Positions 15,541 to 29,925 of a stretch of 64,000 bases of DNA are shown here, piece by piece. Position 1 is the first letter of the stretch. Each line of letters opens with the position of its first letter. The DNA comes from Octopus vulgaris (taxonomy: Eukaryota), in assembly GCA_951406725.2 (NCBI GenBank), contig OX597824.1, forward strand, positions 81,282,001 to 81,346,000. The letters are read 5' to 3'. The notes under the pieces were generated by a model that had not been told where the DNA came from, did not search any database, and saw nothing but the letters and a program-made list of their open reading frames with translations. Position numbers and translations under genes: made by a program.

Positions 15541-16664
15541 TTCAGATCCTATTGGTACCCATTTCAAAGCAACACAAAGCGATACATTTTGCTCAATGAT
15601 AGAACGCATTGTGTTGTTCGAGAATCGAAACCGTCACTGTATAGTCAGGAGGCCAACACCGTTAACCGGTAGGCCACGCAGATCAGTTACAACTAAAATG
15701 TAAATGCATACCATCCGAGACCATCACTTGTGACTGTCATTTACTTTTTCAGTATAGTACGTCAAGGATCAGCTTACTCTGTGTTGTACCTTTTAAAACA
15801 CATCTTCTTGTTTAATTTGAGTAAGTTTGACTGTTGTTTCTAGCAAACCAAATGGCCATGCATATGGATTTCCCCACTACTCTAAGGTCTTGATGCCTAA
15901 AAGTTGTGTCAAATTTTTTTAAAGATTGGCTAATTGACTGCAGGGAATTTAGTGTCACGAGAGCAGTAGCTGTTAATTGCTGTTGTAAAATTATTAGTGA
16001 AGGAGAGAAATAATTTCTACCTAGCATTAATACAAGTTGACAGATCATTAATGTAACGGTGAACTGTGTATCTGTGAAACACCTGAATCCCCTACGGATC
16101 GACGAAGTGGTGTTTGGTGAGGTAAAGGAAGAAGAAGAAGGTTAGGAGTATTTAGGCTGTAAGAATAAGTGAGATAAACTACCTTAGCATTTGACGTAAA
16201 ATGCCAATTGGAGATTCTGGTGATAAATGTCGAAAAGTTTTGGAAGGCAGCCCAGCCAGCTTATTGTACCTTGTCTACACGTTAACACGCCCTTATTTCA
16301 ACACTCACCTTCCTATACACTGTCGCACACATATAGATTGGCATACATATATATATATATATATATATAAAATATTTACATCCAGTATAGGCACACACAT
16401 ACATACGCGCACACACACAGGCACGCACGCACACACACGTACACACATATGTACACAAAGACACCTGATTATGTGGATATACATATTTGTATACACACCT
16501 GCATTCACACCTGTTATATATATATATATATATGTCTGTGTGTGTGTGTGTGCGTGCGTGTGTGTGTGTGTGCGCGTGTGTGTGTGTGTGTAAATATATG
16601 TAATGTATCTATGAATGAATGCATTTTTCTATCTACCAATCAATTTATCTCTTTATCTCTCTAG

Positions 16665-16751
<87 letters not shown>

Positions 16752-17134
16752 TAAATACATACATCTATATACACATATATACACACAAGCACACACACAC
16801 ACACATAATGTTTATCGCCACCTAAACGTGGGTGTTCTGTAAGAACAGACGATACTGCTAATGTAACTCCAGGAGTACACTTCCTCTAGCTAGTTTTTCA
16901 GTGCGCTTCGCCCTTGATATATATTGCAAGCAGGGCGAGAACTCGACACTATTCCAGCTCGGGGACCACCAGATCACCTTATTTTGGTCATCTTGTAGCA
17001 TAAATCCACAAAGGAATTATGGCTTACATTGATAACTCTACCAATTGTGGACCCTAGTATGAAATCGCTTTTTTTTTTGTAGCAGGCTTAACACCAAAAT
17101 GTACCAAAGTATATTGAGACTATGGAATAATCGC

Positions 17135-17305
17135 TATGAAATGTTTATAGCATTGGAATGGAGCGTTCCACTTTCTTTTCTAAGTGTGAAGATTGTGGCT
17201 CACGTCTTCGTGAATCTCTCAATGGTAGCATTTAAGGTAGTTGGCTCTTTCGACAAATAGAGACACTCCAGCACCCATAAGTGGGGAATAGTATCAAATG
17301 CCTTG
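17135..17305 (-). mobile_element. Reverse transcriptase fragment, Dong/R4-like
   Basis: KAFDTIPHLWVLECLYL...IERFTKT*ATIFTL resembles the R4/Dong RT motif KAFDSVPHxWIxxCL...W.T.L. Confidence 0.65.
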
Positions 17306-17390
17306 TATGTATGTATGTATGTATGTATGTATGTATGTATGTATGTATGTATGTATGTATGTGGGTGCGTATGTATGCGCGTATATATGA

Positions 17391-17451
<61 letters not shown>

Positions 17452-17525
17452 CATATATGACTCTTTAACTCTTTAAATTGTTTCAGCTTTAAAGCAGCGG
17501 TCATGCTGGGACACCATACCGGTAC

Positions 17526-17621
<96 letters not shown>

Positions 17622-17980
17622 ATACACATATGTGTATGCGTATAGATGTACATGTATACAGACATATCAATTTGAATATAAAAAACCCTTACCCACTGTT
17701 GCATTTTTTTTTTTTATGAAAGTGACGGTCGGAAAAGCGGAACAGAGTTATCTGATAGTCCGTTTCACCATTTGTCGACCACAGTTCAGTAAAGCTGCAA
17801 TTTGATCCCTTGCCAATCAATAGCAAAGATCAACTGATTAAAACGCATTTTTGAATTTAGCAAGGACTATGATGGGTAGCCCATCTGTGCTTTCGACGGT
17901 ATGACAATAAGGAAGCAATCCTATTTGTGCACACCTTGAATTACTAGATCAGCCATAAATTTAACATAAATAAAATGTCG

Positions 17981-18263
17981 GAGATGTACTTGCATAGCAA
18001 GTGATTTGATCTGAGATCGTGTGCTGAAACGAAAACAATTGCAGCGTGGAAGGTGTTTGTAAGCCATTTAAGAAACACACAAAAGCCGTTCGATTCACTT
18101 CAAGATTTAAGTTTAATTTGTCAAAGACAGCGACATGTTCACTGACAGCACGGATTTTTGTCAGTGAACCGGTCGCGGTCTTAAAGCGACAACTTAAATG
18201 TTGAAGTGAATCGAACGGCTTTTGTGTGTTTCTTAAATGGCTTACAAACACCTTCCACGCTGC
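17981..18263. mobile_element. Fold-back insertion with 75-bp inverted arms and a 13-bp TSD
   Basis: Arms 18039-18113 and 18191-18265. Inner stem gttcactgaca/tgtcagtgaac. aaataaaatgtcg occurs at 17968-17980 and 18264-18276. Confidence 0.8.
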
Positions 18264-18434
18264 AAATAAAATGTCGCTGTGGATTACATAAAACAGTTGA
18301 CACTTCCATTTTCTTTTCTCATTTTCTTTTTCCTGACATTACAGTTATTGCTTTGTATCTTATAGTTAAGTTCTTCCGAGTCAAGCCGTGCTGTGCATAG
18401 ATAACTATAGCTTAATACGCACGCACTCACGCAC

Positions 18435-18469
<35 letters not shown>

Positions 18470-18648
18470 CACACACATACACTTGTGTTTGTAAATCAAC
18501 ACATGTGTGTGTGCGTGCGTGCGTATGTAAGTGTATACGTATGTATATTTATATATTATTTATATATTTTACTTGTTGCAGCCATTTGACTGTAGCCATC
18601 CTGATAAAATATATATATATGTGTGTGTGCGTGTGTGAGAGAGAGAGA

Positions 18649-18706
<58 letters not shown>

Positions 18707-18775
18707 ATATATATATACATATATATAAATATATACATATGTATATATATATATGTATATCATATATGTGTGCGT

Positions 18776-18855
18776 GAAGGCACATAGCTCAGTGGTTAGA
18801 GTGTCGGGGTCACAGCTATAGAGCCACTCCTGCGCCATAGAGCCTCTCCTGCGCT
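18776..18855. mobile_element. Fused SINE heads (family D plus strand, family C minus strand)
   Basis: gaaggcacatagctcagtggttagagtgtcgg followed by two copies of agccWctcctgcgc. Confidence 0.55.
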
Positions 18856-20189
18856 ATATATATATGTATATATAAACACACATATATGTACATAGACACA
18901 TACATTCGTCTCGTACGTTTTTACTTGTGTTTAGTTTTATCCGTCTTTTCCCCAACTCTCTCTCTCTCCCTCTCTCTCTCTCTCTCTCCTCATGCTTATA
19001 CATTGAAGTACAAACATCAAGGAATATAGATTCGTTGATCTTGTAGGTAAAGAATTATATAAATTTGTTAACACTAAATCGATTTGGGAATGCATTTACT
19101 CAATTGCTATAATTTTATTTCTGAATTGTAATGGGAAATGCTTGAATAATTAAGTATAGAAATAAAAGGCATTAAAGACTATAAGATATTATCAATGAAA
19201 TATCTGTCAGATCGATCAATAGTACCGAATTATAAATATTGATTTGAACACGATCGATGTAGTTATTAGAAAACGGTTTATGTGTAACAAATGAAATATT
19301 CAGAGCATCGTCTCTTTGTAAGACATTATCTCACTGGTAGAATATTACAGTTTGAGCAGACGTTATGCAGAAAGTGAGGTGTATCATTCATTAACTTTCA
19401 GCTTGCTTTGTATGGCAAATTGTTTAAAATACATATCTAATATGAACTGCATCAAACATTCGACGTCTTCCCCAGTCCTGTTCCCAGAAATTAGCATTGC
19501 ATTCGCTCAAATAAACGCTTATTCTATTTTCAAAAGGCATGTTTAATGTGATGAGGTAATGTAAGTTGTATCTTTTAATAATTGGAATCTACTCTCGCTC
19601 AGCAAAATATTGAAACTTGTTTCAACACTGTCTCATTGTGAGCGGAAACCGATCATTGTATTATTGATTTTAACCATATGTTGTTATTCGTGCTATTCTT
19701 GCTGTCGTTGATGCTTAACCTCAAGTCTTACCTAATTCGGTACATATATATTCTAAACTATTTCAGATTACATCAGCCTATTTCTCTGAGACATAACGCT
19801 TGTCATCAGTCGTGTGTTTCCACATTTTCCATGGCCATTATTCAGAAAAGAAAGGGTACTTGCACATTATCTCCTTTTGTTGCAGGCTGAATAACAAAAT
19901 TGGTGAAAAGAAGGAACATATTCTTATTTTGGAACTCTGGCCCAAGTTCTTGCTAAAACCATCAAAGGAAATGATGGAATATTCAGTAGCTTATACCATT
20001 TGAGGTAGTCGGGTAGCAGTTTGTAGGTTCGATCCCTTTGTCTTGATTTCAACCAAATGTTTGGACTTTCACGAAACTACTTTATCTTAGCGACATCCGG
20101 TATATAAAGACCAAAACGCTTCAATCAATGTTGGTTTGAAATTTTGACACTATACCAGCAGTTTTTTAGGAGTGTAAAATGTCGCTTGT

Positions 20190-20350
20190 AGCGGACTCCA
20201 GTACGTAAATTGCCTTTATTTTATCGATCTCAAAATGATGAAAGGCAAAGTCGACATTGACAGAATTTGAACTCAGAACATAAAGACCAACGAAATGCCG
20301 CTAAGTATTATTGCGCGACGTGCTAACGAGTCTACCAGCTCGATGCCGTA
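20190..20350 (-). mobile_element. SINE family A, diverged monomer
   Basis: atgaaaggcaaagtcgac...aatttgaactcagaac...tgctaacg. Confidence 0.8.
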
Positions 20351-21172
20351 AGCACTTCAAACAATATTTCAGTCAATAAATTATAGAAGAAATAACAGAA
20401 AATACAGAAAAAGAGATTACAAACCACCTGCAGATGTTTAATCTTAGCAAAAATTTTAAATGTTCGCACATATATCACATTTCCTTATAATCTTTTTGAC
20501 GGAATTTAGCTGTTTGAAAGAAATAAAAAAATCTGAAAGTGTTTTCTTTCGTTGTAGAATCGCCAAATTTCTTTCAATAAATAATTCACAAGGAATTTGT
20601 TTAAGTACACCTGGAAGTGTCACTGTTTGCAAGAAATGAATATGCGTAAGAATGATGCAATTATGTAAGTTTAATTTTAACATAAGTCGGTCGGTCTTCT
20701 TGTTCTTGACGTTTTTATAGCAGAATTGGTAACGAAAAAAAAGGTGGCGAGATATAAGAGAAAGAAAAAGAGGGATAGAGAAAAATAAACAACACTGAGA
20801 TAGGCAATGAAAAAATACGGAAGAAGTAGAAAGAGGAAGAAATGAAAGAGAGACAAAGATGAATATAGTGGGCATGAAAGCAAGGGAAAGAGTAGGAATG
20901 AAAGATCGTGTGAGTCGATGAAAGAAAATACTGAGAAAGATAATTTAAAGAGGTAAGATAGGGAATAAAAAGAAAGAGAAAGAAAATAAAAGAAAAAAGG
21001 AAAGAAAACGATAAGAAAAAGGAAGACTGAAAAGTGAAAGTGAAACAAAGGTTCGTGAAACGAAGAGAATGATAATAACGAAAGAAATAGATAAAGAAAA
21101 GGGAAAGAAAAGGAGACAAAGGAAATAGAAAGACTGATTGAAATAGGGAAGTGGCGTACAATCATATGATCC

Positions 21173-21581
21173 AAAAAATTAACGATTTTGTTATAGAATT
21201 AACCAAAGACATCGATTGAATCTATTTTAATGAAACTGATGAGAAAATATTTCGGTTTTGGGATTTGGTTTGCAAGATTCTTTATATGAGTTCGTGTGTT
21301 GAAGCATATTCTGTTGTGTCTGCGGAGAGTCATTTTCTTTTTGTGCCTTATAATGTAACACACTCACCGGTAAAATTTCCACTTTTTTCTTACTCTCTTT
21401 TACTTGTTTCAGTCATTTGACTGCGGCCATGCTGGAGCACCGCATTTAGTCGAGCAAATCGACCCCGGGACTTAATCTTTGTAAGCCCAGTACTTATTCT
21501 ATCAGTCTCTTTTGCCGAACCGCTAAGTGACGGGGACGTAAACACACCAGCATCGGTTGTCAAGCAATGCTAGGGGGACAA

Positions 21582-21666
<85 letters not shown>

Positions 21667-22062
21667 TACGACAGGCTTTTTTCAGTTACCGTCTACCAAA
21701 TCCACTCACAAGGCATTAGTCGGCCCGGGGCTATAGCAGAAGACACTTGCCCAAGATGCCACGCAGTGGGACTGAACCCGGAACCATGTGGTTGGTTACC
21801 AAGCTACTTACCACACAGCCACTCCTGCGCCTATTGATAAAAAAAATTAACGATTTTGTTATAGAATTAACCAAAGACATCGATTGAATATATTTTAATG
21901 AAACTGATGAGAAAATATTTCGGTTTTTGGATTTGGTTTGCAAGATTCTTTATATGAGTTCATGTGTTGAAGCATATTCTGTTGTGTCTGCGGAGAGTCA
22001 TTTTCTTTTTGCGCCTTATAATGTAACACACTCACCGGTAAAATTTCCACTTTTTTCTTACT
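21173..22062 (+). repeat. 222-bp direct repeat pair flanking a SINE
   Basis: 21173-21394 versus 21841-22062, 4 mismatches by eye. Part of the unit also matches 44530-44600 in reverse complement. Confidence 0.92.
21395..21831 (-). mobile_element. SINE family C, full length with internal (TA)/(CA) microsatellite
   Basis: Head GGCGCAGGAGTGGCTGTGTGGTAAG...GGGTTCAGTCCC, CORE-like ATCTTGGGCAAGT, tail GACTGAAACAAGTAAAAGAG. Confidence 0.92.
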
Positions 22063-22619
22063 TTTATTTTCCTAAAATATTCTTTGCGTCTTGTGATTTT
22101 CAAATGCGTCCATTCAAACTATGCCAGGATTCCATTTCTCCAGACCCCTCAGTTGAAAAAAGCTACCACCCTTGGGATGATGCAGCTTTTTATCCTTCCA
22201 GCTGTCACATTCCGGATGTGCGATTGTTCAAGACACAGAGGGACCATGACATGTCTGTTTGTCCGCTCGGGACGAGAGAGAGACCTACATAAAACAACTA
22301 ACAAAAATATGGAACACGTTACAGAAGCAATCTCACTTGTGAGTGGCATTTGACTGTGCAATGAGCAGCGAACACATCGCAACAATAAACTCAATAAATA
22401 TCAATAAAAATAAAACAACGAATGAATAATATATTCTAACTTATTTGTATATTTGTTGTTCGTTTGTTTGTTTATATTTGATGTCTCCATTACAACTCGC
22501 GTCTCGGATACGAAACGTCGTAACAAAAATCAGTACTAGCTATGATTTCTGTTCAATATCTATAAAGAAAAACTTAACAAGCGATGTATAGCGCACTGCT
22601 AAAAGAATACAGCATGGTA

Positions 22620-23455
22620 TTCTAATTTATAAAATGAAGAAGGCGAACATTGATACAAATATGGGTTTTTTATGTAAAAAGGGTTCTAAATGGGGCTAGA
22701 AGGGGATTAGAATTTACAGGAGGGGGTAACTTGAGGTAAGGAATTGATTGGGAGATGCTTTGGGGCGCTACAGTTGTTGCTTTGGTGTGAAAACTGGGAT
22801 TTTATTGATTTTGGGGGACACTTGGGGGTCTAGATTGGACACCTTTTGCCCGATTTCAATCAAATTTTCAACATAGTAAAGTAGAAGTGGATTCGTAATT
22901 TAATGGGTTCCAAATTTTGAAAATTAAGGCATGATTTTTGAAGTTCAAAAACATTTCTCATTTTTACGTATTTTGCCTTTATTTTTTATTGTTTACAGTT
23001 TTAATTTTTTTCTGAAAGAAATTTACAGCTGCATATAACCCGTGTTTAGAGCTTTCATTTGCATGGTCAATCGTCGAAAAAAATCCCCAAATAAGTACTA
23101 AATTTAACAAAGAAGTCCTTTTTTTTCCCTTATTTTTAATCGCTCAAATAGTGGCATGTACAAAAGGCAAAAGTGCTTTCCGTTGTCACTGCTTGATATT
23201 TATGATTGATCTTTCAAAATATTTCCATTTTCAACTTACTCAAGATCTTTGGTTTTTTTATAAATGGAAGAGAGATAGATAGAGAAAGATAGAGAAAAAG
23301 AGAAAGCAAGGGAGAGTCCGAGAGAAGGGAAGAGTAAGAGAGAGGGAAAGTGAGAGAGAAAAGAGAGAGAAACAAAGAGGGAGAATGTGGCGATAAGAAA
23401 CAGAAAGTAACAACCACACATGCACCCGCGCTTAGAGCGGGTCACCTTAAAGTAG
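22620..23455 (+). mobile_element. Possible old non-autonomous Helitron/Helentron-like element
   Basis: 3' hairpin acccgc-gcttaga-gcgggt followed by gtagt. Internal ccgatttcaatcaaattt motif. The 5' end was not found. Confidence 0.35.
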
Positions 23456-24211
23456 TTTACTTATAAAACCGTTTAGTATATTTTATTGTATATCATGGTT
23501 GCATAACGAAATACCGCATTCCTGCAAATCATTAGTATATCTAACTTTTTAACATTTTAGACTTCACTGCAACAGTTGTTATATAGGTCAAACTACTACT
23601 GCAAATAGTTGTTTCACTTAACTAACTATGCATCTGATACAAGAATCAATTGCTATGCATTATTGAAGAATACATATTAATGAAAGCTATTTAGAAATTG
23701 AGTATCATGGTATATCAGACCATTCACAACATACAGCATGTTGTTGAGAAATTGATTAAAATATTCTGAATGTCAAGGTGCAGAACAATCCATAAAAAAA
23801 CATAATAGATACATTCCAACGTAAAGAAAGCCTACTGTCAGATACAATAATAAATAATATTCAACGTATTTATGCATATAAGTACAGACGCACACTCATA
23901 CATACACATATATACAGAGAGAGAGAGAGAAGGAGAGAGTTTATAGAAACACACACACACACATATATATATATACATATACAAAACAATAAGAGAGAAT
24001 CCACTATGTGGATGCTCTATGTTGACGCTCTATGTGGACGCTCTATCCACTATGTGGATTTTCTCTTATTGTTTTGTATTAATAATATTTACTGCATCCC
24101 AGTCTTTTATACGCTAGGCCACTTGGTGTTTAAACTGATGTTATTAATTAATATTCAATTTTTTCACCCTTATTTTGACTTTTATATATACATATATGTA
24201 TATATATATAT

Positions 24212-24480
24212 TCTCTTTTACTTGTTTCAGTCATTTGACTATGGTCATACTGGAGCACGGCCTTTAGTTGAGCAAATCGACTACAAATCGACTTATTCTT
24301 TATAAGCCTAGTACTTATTCTATCGTTCTCTTTTAGCCGAACCAGTAAGTTACTGGGGCGTAAACACACCAGCATCGGTTGTTAAGCGATGATGGGGTGG
24401 GGGACAAAAACAGACACACACACACATACATATATATATATATGTATATACGATGGGGTTCTTTCAGTTTCCTATTACCA
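24212..24480 (-). mobile_element. SINE family C, partial
   Basis: Tail ctcttttacttgtttcagtcatttgact...taaacacaccagcatcggttg, then the internal microsatellite. Confidence 0.85.
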
Positions 24481-24495
24481 TATTTCCGATTTACA

Positions 24496-24529
<34 letters not shown>

Positions 24530-24777
24530 CCCGGAGAGTTGGTTAAGTTACGTAGAAAAAGAGATGATGAAAGTCTTTTTTATACAATAATGATTATATA
24601 AGAATATAGCATAATAATATACTCCGATTAAAGCGATATTATGTAAAGAGCTGACTGAAAATTGACGAGCCAACTCACGCTAGAATCGAATCCACATATC
24701 AACGTTAAAATGACTCGTTGCGCATCCGATTGAGCTAGACGCCCACCTATAAATTTCAGTAAAATTTTATGTATAGA

Positions 24778-25077
24778 CTAGCAGTATCGCCCGGCGTTGC
24801 TCGGGTTTGTAAGGGAAATAACTATATAAGCATTTTTAGAGAGTTACTTCCCTTATATAATAGCAAAAAAAAATGCATTAAAAATAGGAAAAAATGATGG
24901 TAAGTTTTTTTTTAATCGTAGACTCATCGTAGACGCGCGCTAATACCCAGAAGGGCTCGATATGAATCACGACTATAAGATACCCGCTTTTGGTAAAAAT
25001 GCACCGCAAAATGTGGGAGTAGTTAGGAATCTAAATCGTAGGAGACAGACACACAACTTCACTTTTATATATAAAGA
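24778..25077 (-). mobile_element. Non-autonomous Helitron
   Basis: Minus strand reads A|TCTTTATATATAAAAG...CCCGAGCAACGCCGGG (hairpin) CGATACTGCTAG|T, with canonical TC/CTAG ends in an AT target. Confidence 0.85.
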
Positions 25078-25228
25078 TAACTATATAATGATATGTCATA
25101 ATAATGATATATATACTCCGATTAAAGCGACGTTATCTAATCAATTGAATGAAACATACAATAATAACTATTTAATAATAAAATTATGTGTTATTATTCT
25201 GATATATATTATTATTTAGTTATTATTG

Positions 25229-25301
<73 letters not shown>

Positions 25302-25558
25302 CCTGTGTATGTGTGTGTGTATGTGTGTGTGTATGTATATATATATATGCGTGTGTGTCTTTTGTCTGTGTTTGTTTTCCATCAAACACTTGACAACCGT
25401 CGTTGGTGTGTTTACGCCCCCATAACTTAGCTGTTCAACCAAAGTGACCGATAGAATAAGTATTAGTCTTTTGTCATTTTACGTAGAGTTTTGAGAGTTA
25501 TAGTTCTCGAAACAAATTTGATGTTAGCGGAACATTTTCTACAAGAATTCATCAGCAT

Positions 25559-25990
25559 ATCAGCTTCAAGGTTCATCCAAGACTGGAACCACGGGCCATA
25601 CGACCCCTGCCCAATTCAAGATCACAACATACATGTACACTGCAACATAATTTCTTTTCCTCAACAGGCCCTGCCCTATTTAACATTGTCCCGAGGGAGA
25701 TCAACGAGGAAAAGGATCCCATCAACTTTAAACAGAGTCTGGATAGATTCCTTCAAAGAATACCAGATAAGCCACCCATAATTGGATACAACTCACCCAA
25801 CAAGAACTCACTACTTGAACAAAACTTGATACAACTCACCCAACAAGAACTCACTACTTGAACAAAACTTGACTTAAACAAATCTTGCCTTAAACAGGAT
25901 TCGAATAATCCTATCAGGTGGTGCTATTAAGTTAGACTTGGCCTGAACCAATCTTTGGTCGAAACATATCTAAGTTTTATCTAAGTTTAT
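25559..25990 (+). mobile_element. 5'-truncated LINE 3' end (CR1/L2-group-like)
   Basis: ISFKVHPRL...NFFSSTGPALFNIVPREI...NFKQSLDRFLQRIPDKP...NKNSLL, a typical post-RT C-terminus. 43-bp tandem duplication near 25785-25870. Ends in short repeats (tatctaagttt). Confidence 0.7.
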
Positions 25991-26201
25991 CGCGTTATCA
26001 CAAACGATTTCTCTCTTTCAATTCTTGTACTCCATAGACTTGTTGTATCACCACTTCGTACAATTTATAGATTGATGAAACTTTGTTGAACTTTTGTCAT
26101 GAAATTTTTTTCACTCTCTCACCAAGCATGGTATGCCTTGTCGAATACATTTGTGTCTAAATAGCAAAATGTGTATGTGCACATGCCTACATACATATAT
26201 A

Positions 26202-26426
26202 TATTTCTTTATTGCCCACAAGGGGTTAAACATAGAGGGGACAAACAAGGACAGACAAACGGATTAAGTTGATTACATCGACCCCAGTGCGTAACTGGTA
26301 CTTTATTTATCGACCCCGAAAGGATGAAAGGCAAAGTCGACCTCGGCGGAATTTGAACTCAGAACGTAACGACAGACGAAATACGGCTACGCATTTCGCC
26401 CAGCGTGCTAACGTTTCTGCCAGCTA
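26202..26426 (-). mobile_element. SINE family A monomer
   Basis: Reverse complement of the 4457-4974 head plus one body unit. Confidence 0.9.
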
Positions 26427-27147
26427 TAGACGCACGCATATACACACACCTAAATGTATATATATATATGGTTTAAGCCCTTCTAAAGCATGCTGTTGAA
26501 GCATTGAAACGATTGTCGAAACACAATACGAAAGGAAAATCCATATCTAGACAATAATAACTTTAATAATTCTATTGGCCGTTTCTATTGGTGCTACACA
26601 CTTCGACGAATTTATTAATAATAGCCACTAGAGCAAGACCATGTATAAAAGATAGATCAAGGAATTCAGAAAGAAGTGGGAGGGACGATACAAATGAAGA
26701 GAGATAGACAGAGACAGAAGCATGAAAAAGAAAGATTATGAGAGGGACGAAGAGAGAGAGAGAGAGAGAGATAGGGTGAGAGAGAGATATACAGAGAGAG
26801 AGAGGAAGAAAGATTTCGGTTCTTCAAAGGAAGTTTAAATTGATTAGCAGTTCATATTTGGTGAAGTAGGCTGTAGGATGTTGAAAGGAGTGAAAGAGGG
26901 GAAAACGTTACTCGCTTACTGAAAAACAGCCTACATGTTTAGTGGAGCGAAGCGCTTAAGTGACCAGCATTGACCAGCGGCATAATAGGATATTGTAATA
27001 ATGCTGCAGGATACTAGATTATAGATGGGTTATAGATGTCTTGACCAACGGCCATATTTAACAATTAATCCGTAAAGTTCTATGTGTGTGTAGGTGTGTG
27101 CGTGCACGCATGTATTTGTGTATGTATACATACATATATATGCGTAG

Positions 27148-27611
27148 TGGAGGCGCAATGGCCCAGTGGTTAGGGCAGCGGACTCGCGGTCATAGGATCG
27201 CGGTTTCGATTCCCAGACCGGGCGTTGTGAGTGTTTATTGAGCGAAAACACATAAAAGCTCCACGAGGCTCCGGCAGGGATGGTTTCGATTCCCAGACCG
27301 GGAGTGTTTATTGAGCGAAGACACCTCAAAGCTCCACGATGCTCCGGCAGGGGATGGTGGTGATCCCTGCTGTACTCTTTCACCACAACTTTCTCTCACT
27401 CTTACTTCCTGTTTCTGTTGTACCTGTATTTCAAAGGGCCGGCCTTGTCACTCTCTGTGTCACGCTGAATATCCCCGAGAACTACGTTAAGGGTACACGT
27501 GTCTGTGGAGTGCTCAGCCACTTACACGTTAATTTCACGAGCAGGCTGTTCCGTTGATTCGGATCAACCGGAATCCTCGTCGTCGTAACCGACGGAGTGC
27601 TTCCATTTCCC
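27148..27611 (+). mobile_element. SINE family B, tail type 1, with internal duplication
   Basis: Matches 38225-38611. The segment ggtttcgattcccagaccggg...ctccggcaggg is duplicated. TSD atatatgcgtag at 27136-27147 and 27612-27623. Confidence 0.92.
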
Positions 27612-27747
27612 ATATATGCGTAGATGAACACACGCTAACATGCATATGCATTTATGAACGCTCATAGAATTACTGCTGGAACCTGAATGCCTGAATTTCT
27701 TATACTTGTCGAAACATTACTCCAAGGTAGACGTTGCTGATCTTTGA

Positions 27748-28040
27748 ATGTGGCTGTGTGGCAAGAAGCTTGCTTCCAAGTCACACGGTTCCAGGTTCAG
27801 TCCTACTGTGTGACACGTTGGGGGAGTGTCATCTACTATAAGCCTCGGACTGACCAAAACCGTATGAATAGATGTGGTAGACGGAAACTGAAAAGAACCC
27901 CATCTGTTTCAGTCATTTGACTGTGACCATGCTGGAGCACCGCCTTTAGTCGAGCAAATCGACACCAGGATTAATTCTATCGGTGTCTTTTGTCGAACTA
28001 CTAAGCTACGGGGACGTAAACACACGGATGTCAAGCGATG
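27748..28040. mobile_element. SINE family C head (+) joined to family C tail (-)
   Basis: gtggctgtgtggcaag...acggaaactgaaa followed by tgtttcagtcatttgactg...gggacgtaaacacac. Confidence 0.75.
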
Positions 28041-28255
28041 GTCCCTGTTATCTATGATTTTCTTGCGTTCGAATCGGTGTAAATAAATATATTTTGGGGT
28101 AATTAGTTAGAAAAGGTCCCTGGCCCCTCTACTAGGGTTGTATACAGGAGGTTTTGGAAAGATTCGTGTATATTAGTTATTCAGAAATACACAGGGATAT
28201 GTACGAAATCGAGAGGTACGGCATGAAAGAAGGATCTCGACAGAATGTGCATACT

Positions 28256-28297
<42 letters not shown>

Positions 28298-28313
28298 TAG
28301 ATAGATATATATG

Positions 28314-28351
<38 letters not shown>

Positions 28352-28471
28352 TATCTGTATGTATGTGTACGAGTTTATGTGTGTGTGTGAGTGTGCGTGC
28401 GTGTAAATAGGTAAATAATAGATGAGAGAGTGAGGGAGAGAGATAGAGAGAGAAAACGTACCATAAATATT

Positions 28472-29040
28472 CTTTATTATTCTAGGCACAAGGCCCGAAA
28501 ATTTTGGGGAGTTGGGTCCAGTCGATTACGCAACAGGTACTTAATTTATCAACCCCGAAAGGATGAAAGGCAAAATCGATCTTGGCGGAATTTGAACTCG
28601 TCACGTAAAACAGACGAAATAACTATTTCTTTACTACCCACAAGGGGCTACACACAGAGAGGACAAATAAGGACAGACAAACGGATTAAGTCGATTACAT
28701 CGACCCCAGTGCGTAACAGGTACTTATTTAATCGACCCCAAAAGAATGAAAAGCAAATTCGACCTCACCGGAATTTGAACTCAGAACGTAGCGATAGACG
28801 AAATACCTATTTCTTTACTACCCACGAGGGGCTAAACACAGAGAGGACAAACACGGACAGGCAAACGGATTAAGTCGATAAGATCAACCCCAGTGCGTAA
28901 CTGGTACATATTTAATCGACCCCGAAAAGATGACAGGCAAAGTCAACCTCGGCGGAATTTGAACTCAGAACGTAAAGACAGACGAAATACGGCTACGCAT
29001 TTCGCCCGGCGTGCTAACGTTTCTGCCAGCACGCCGCCTT
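28472..29040 (-). mobile_element. SINE family A, three tandem body units
   Basis: aatttgaactc occurs three times. TSD-like aacgtacSatRaatatt on both sides. Confidence 0.9.
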
Positions 29041-29579
29041 GTAACGTACGATGAATATTGCAGCATTCGCAAGTATATCAAGTATATTTTCTGCACACAG
29101 TCCCGAACACACGTACACAGAAGTTACGCTGCACCACGAAGCAATTGAAATGCAACAGTAACTGAAAGAAGGTGAAGGAAGAATCAGAGCTAAAAGGGAG
29201 AAAGGGGTAGTGAGTGTGAATAAGAGAGAGAGAAAGAGAGGAAGCCAGAGATAGAGAAGAAGCGAAAGGAAGAGATAGAGAGAGAGAAGGCGAGAAAACA
29301 AATATTGCTGCTGATTTTAGCTCTGACAATATGCAGTGGATGCAGATATTGGCTGTGAGATTTACAGGGCAAGGGACGTAACTGAGATGGCTTGTGCATT
29401 ATTCTAATTGCTCAAAGCCCATTGTTAACATCATAAGCTGCCGAAGGAGCAATGTTAAATCGTAAATGGAATTATCAATAATATTAGTATTGCTAATATC
29501 GGCATCGCACAGTTTAATCGGCTGTATTTATCTTTCACAAAATGATTGTGTTTGTATCAAGACAAGAAATTAATATCAA

Positions 29580-29925
<346 letters not shown>

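Noticed and set aside
24680-24745. tRNA gene on the minus strand (also 15610-15680 and the SINE heads)
   Set aside because: A- and B-box-like motifs only, with no complete cloverleaf. Best read as decayed SINE heads.
25935-25975. CTGA...GAAAC hammerhead-like motif
   Set aside because: The core is CTGAACC rather than CTGANGA, and it coincides with the LINE 3' stem-loop.
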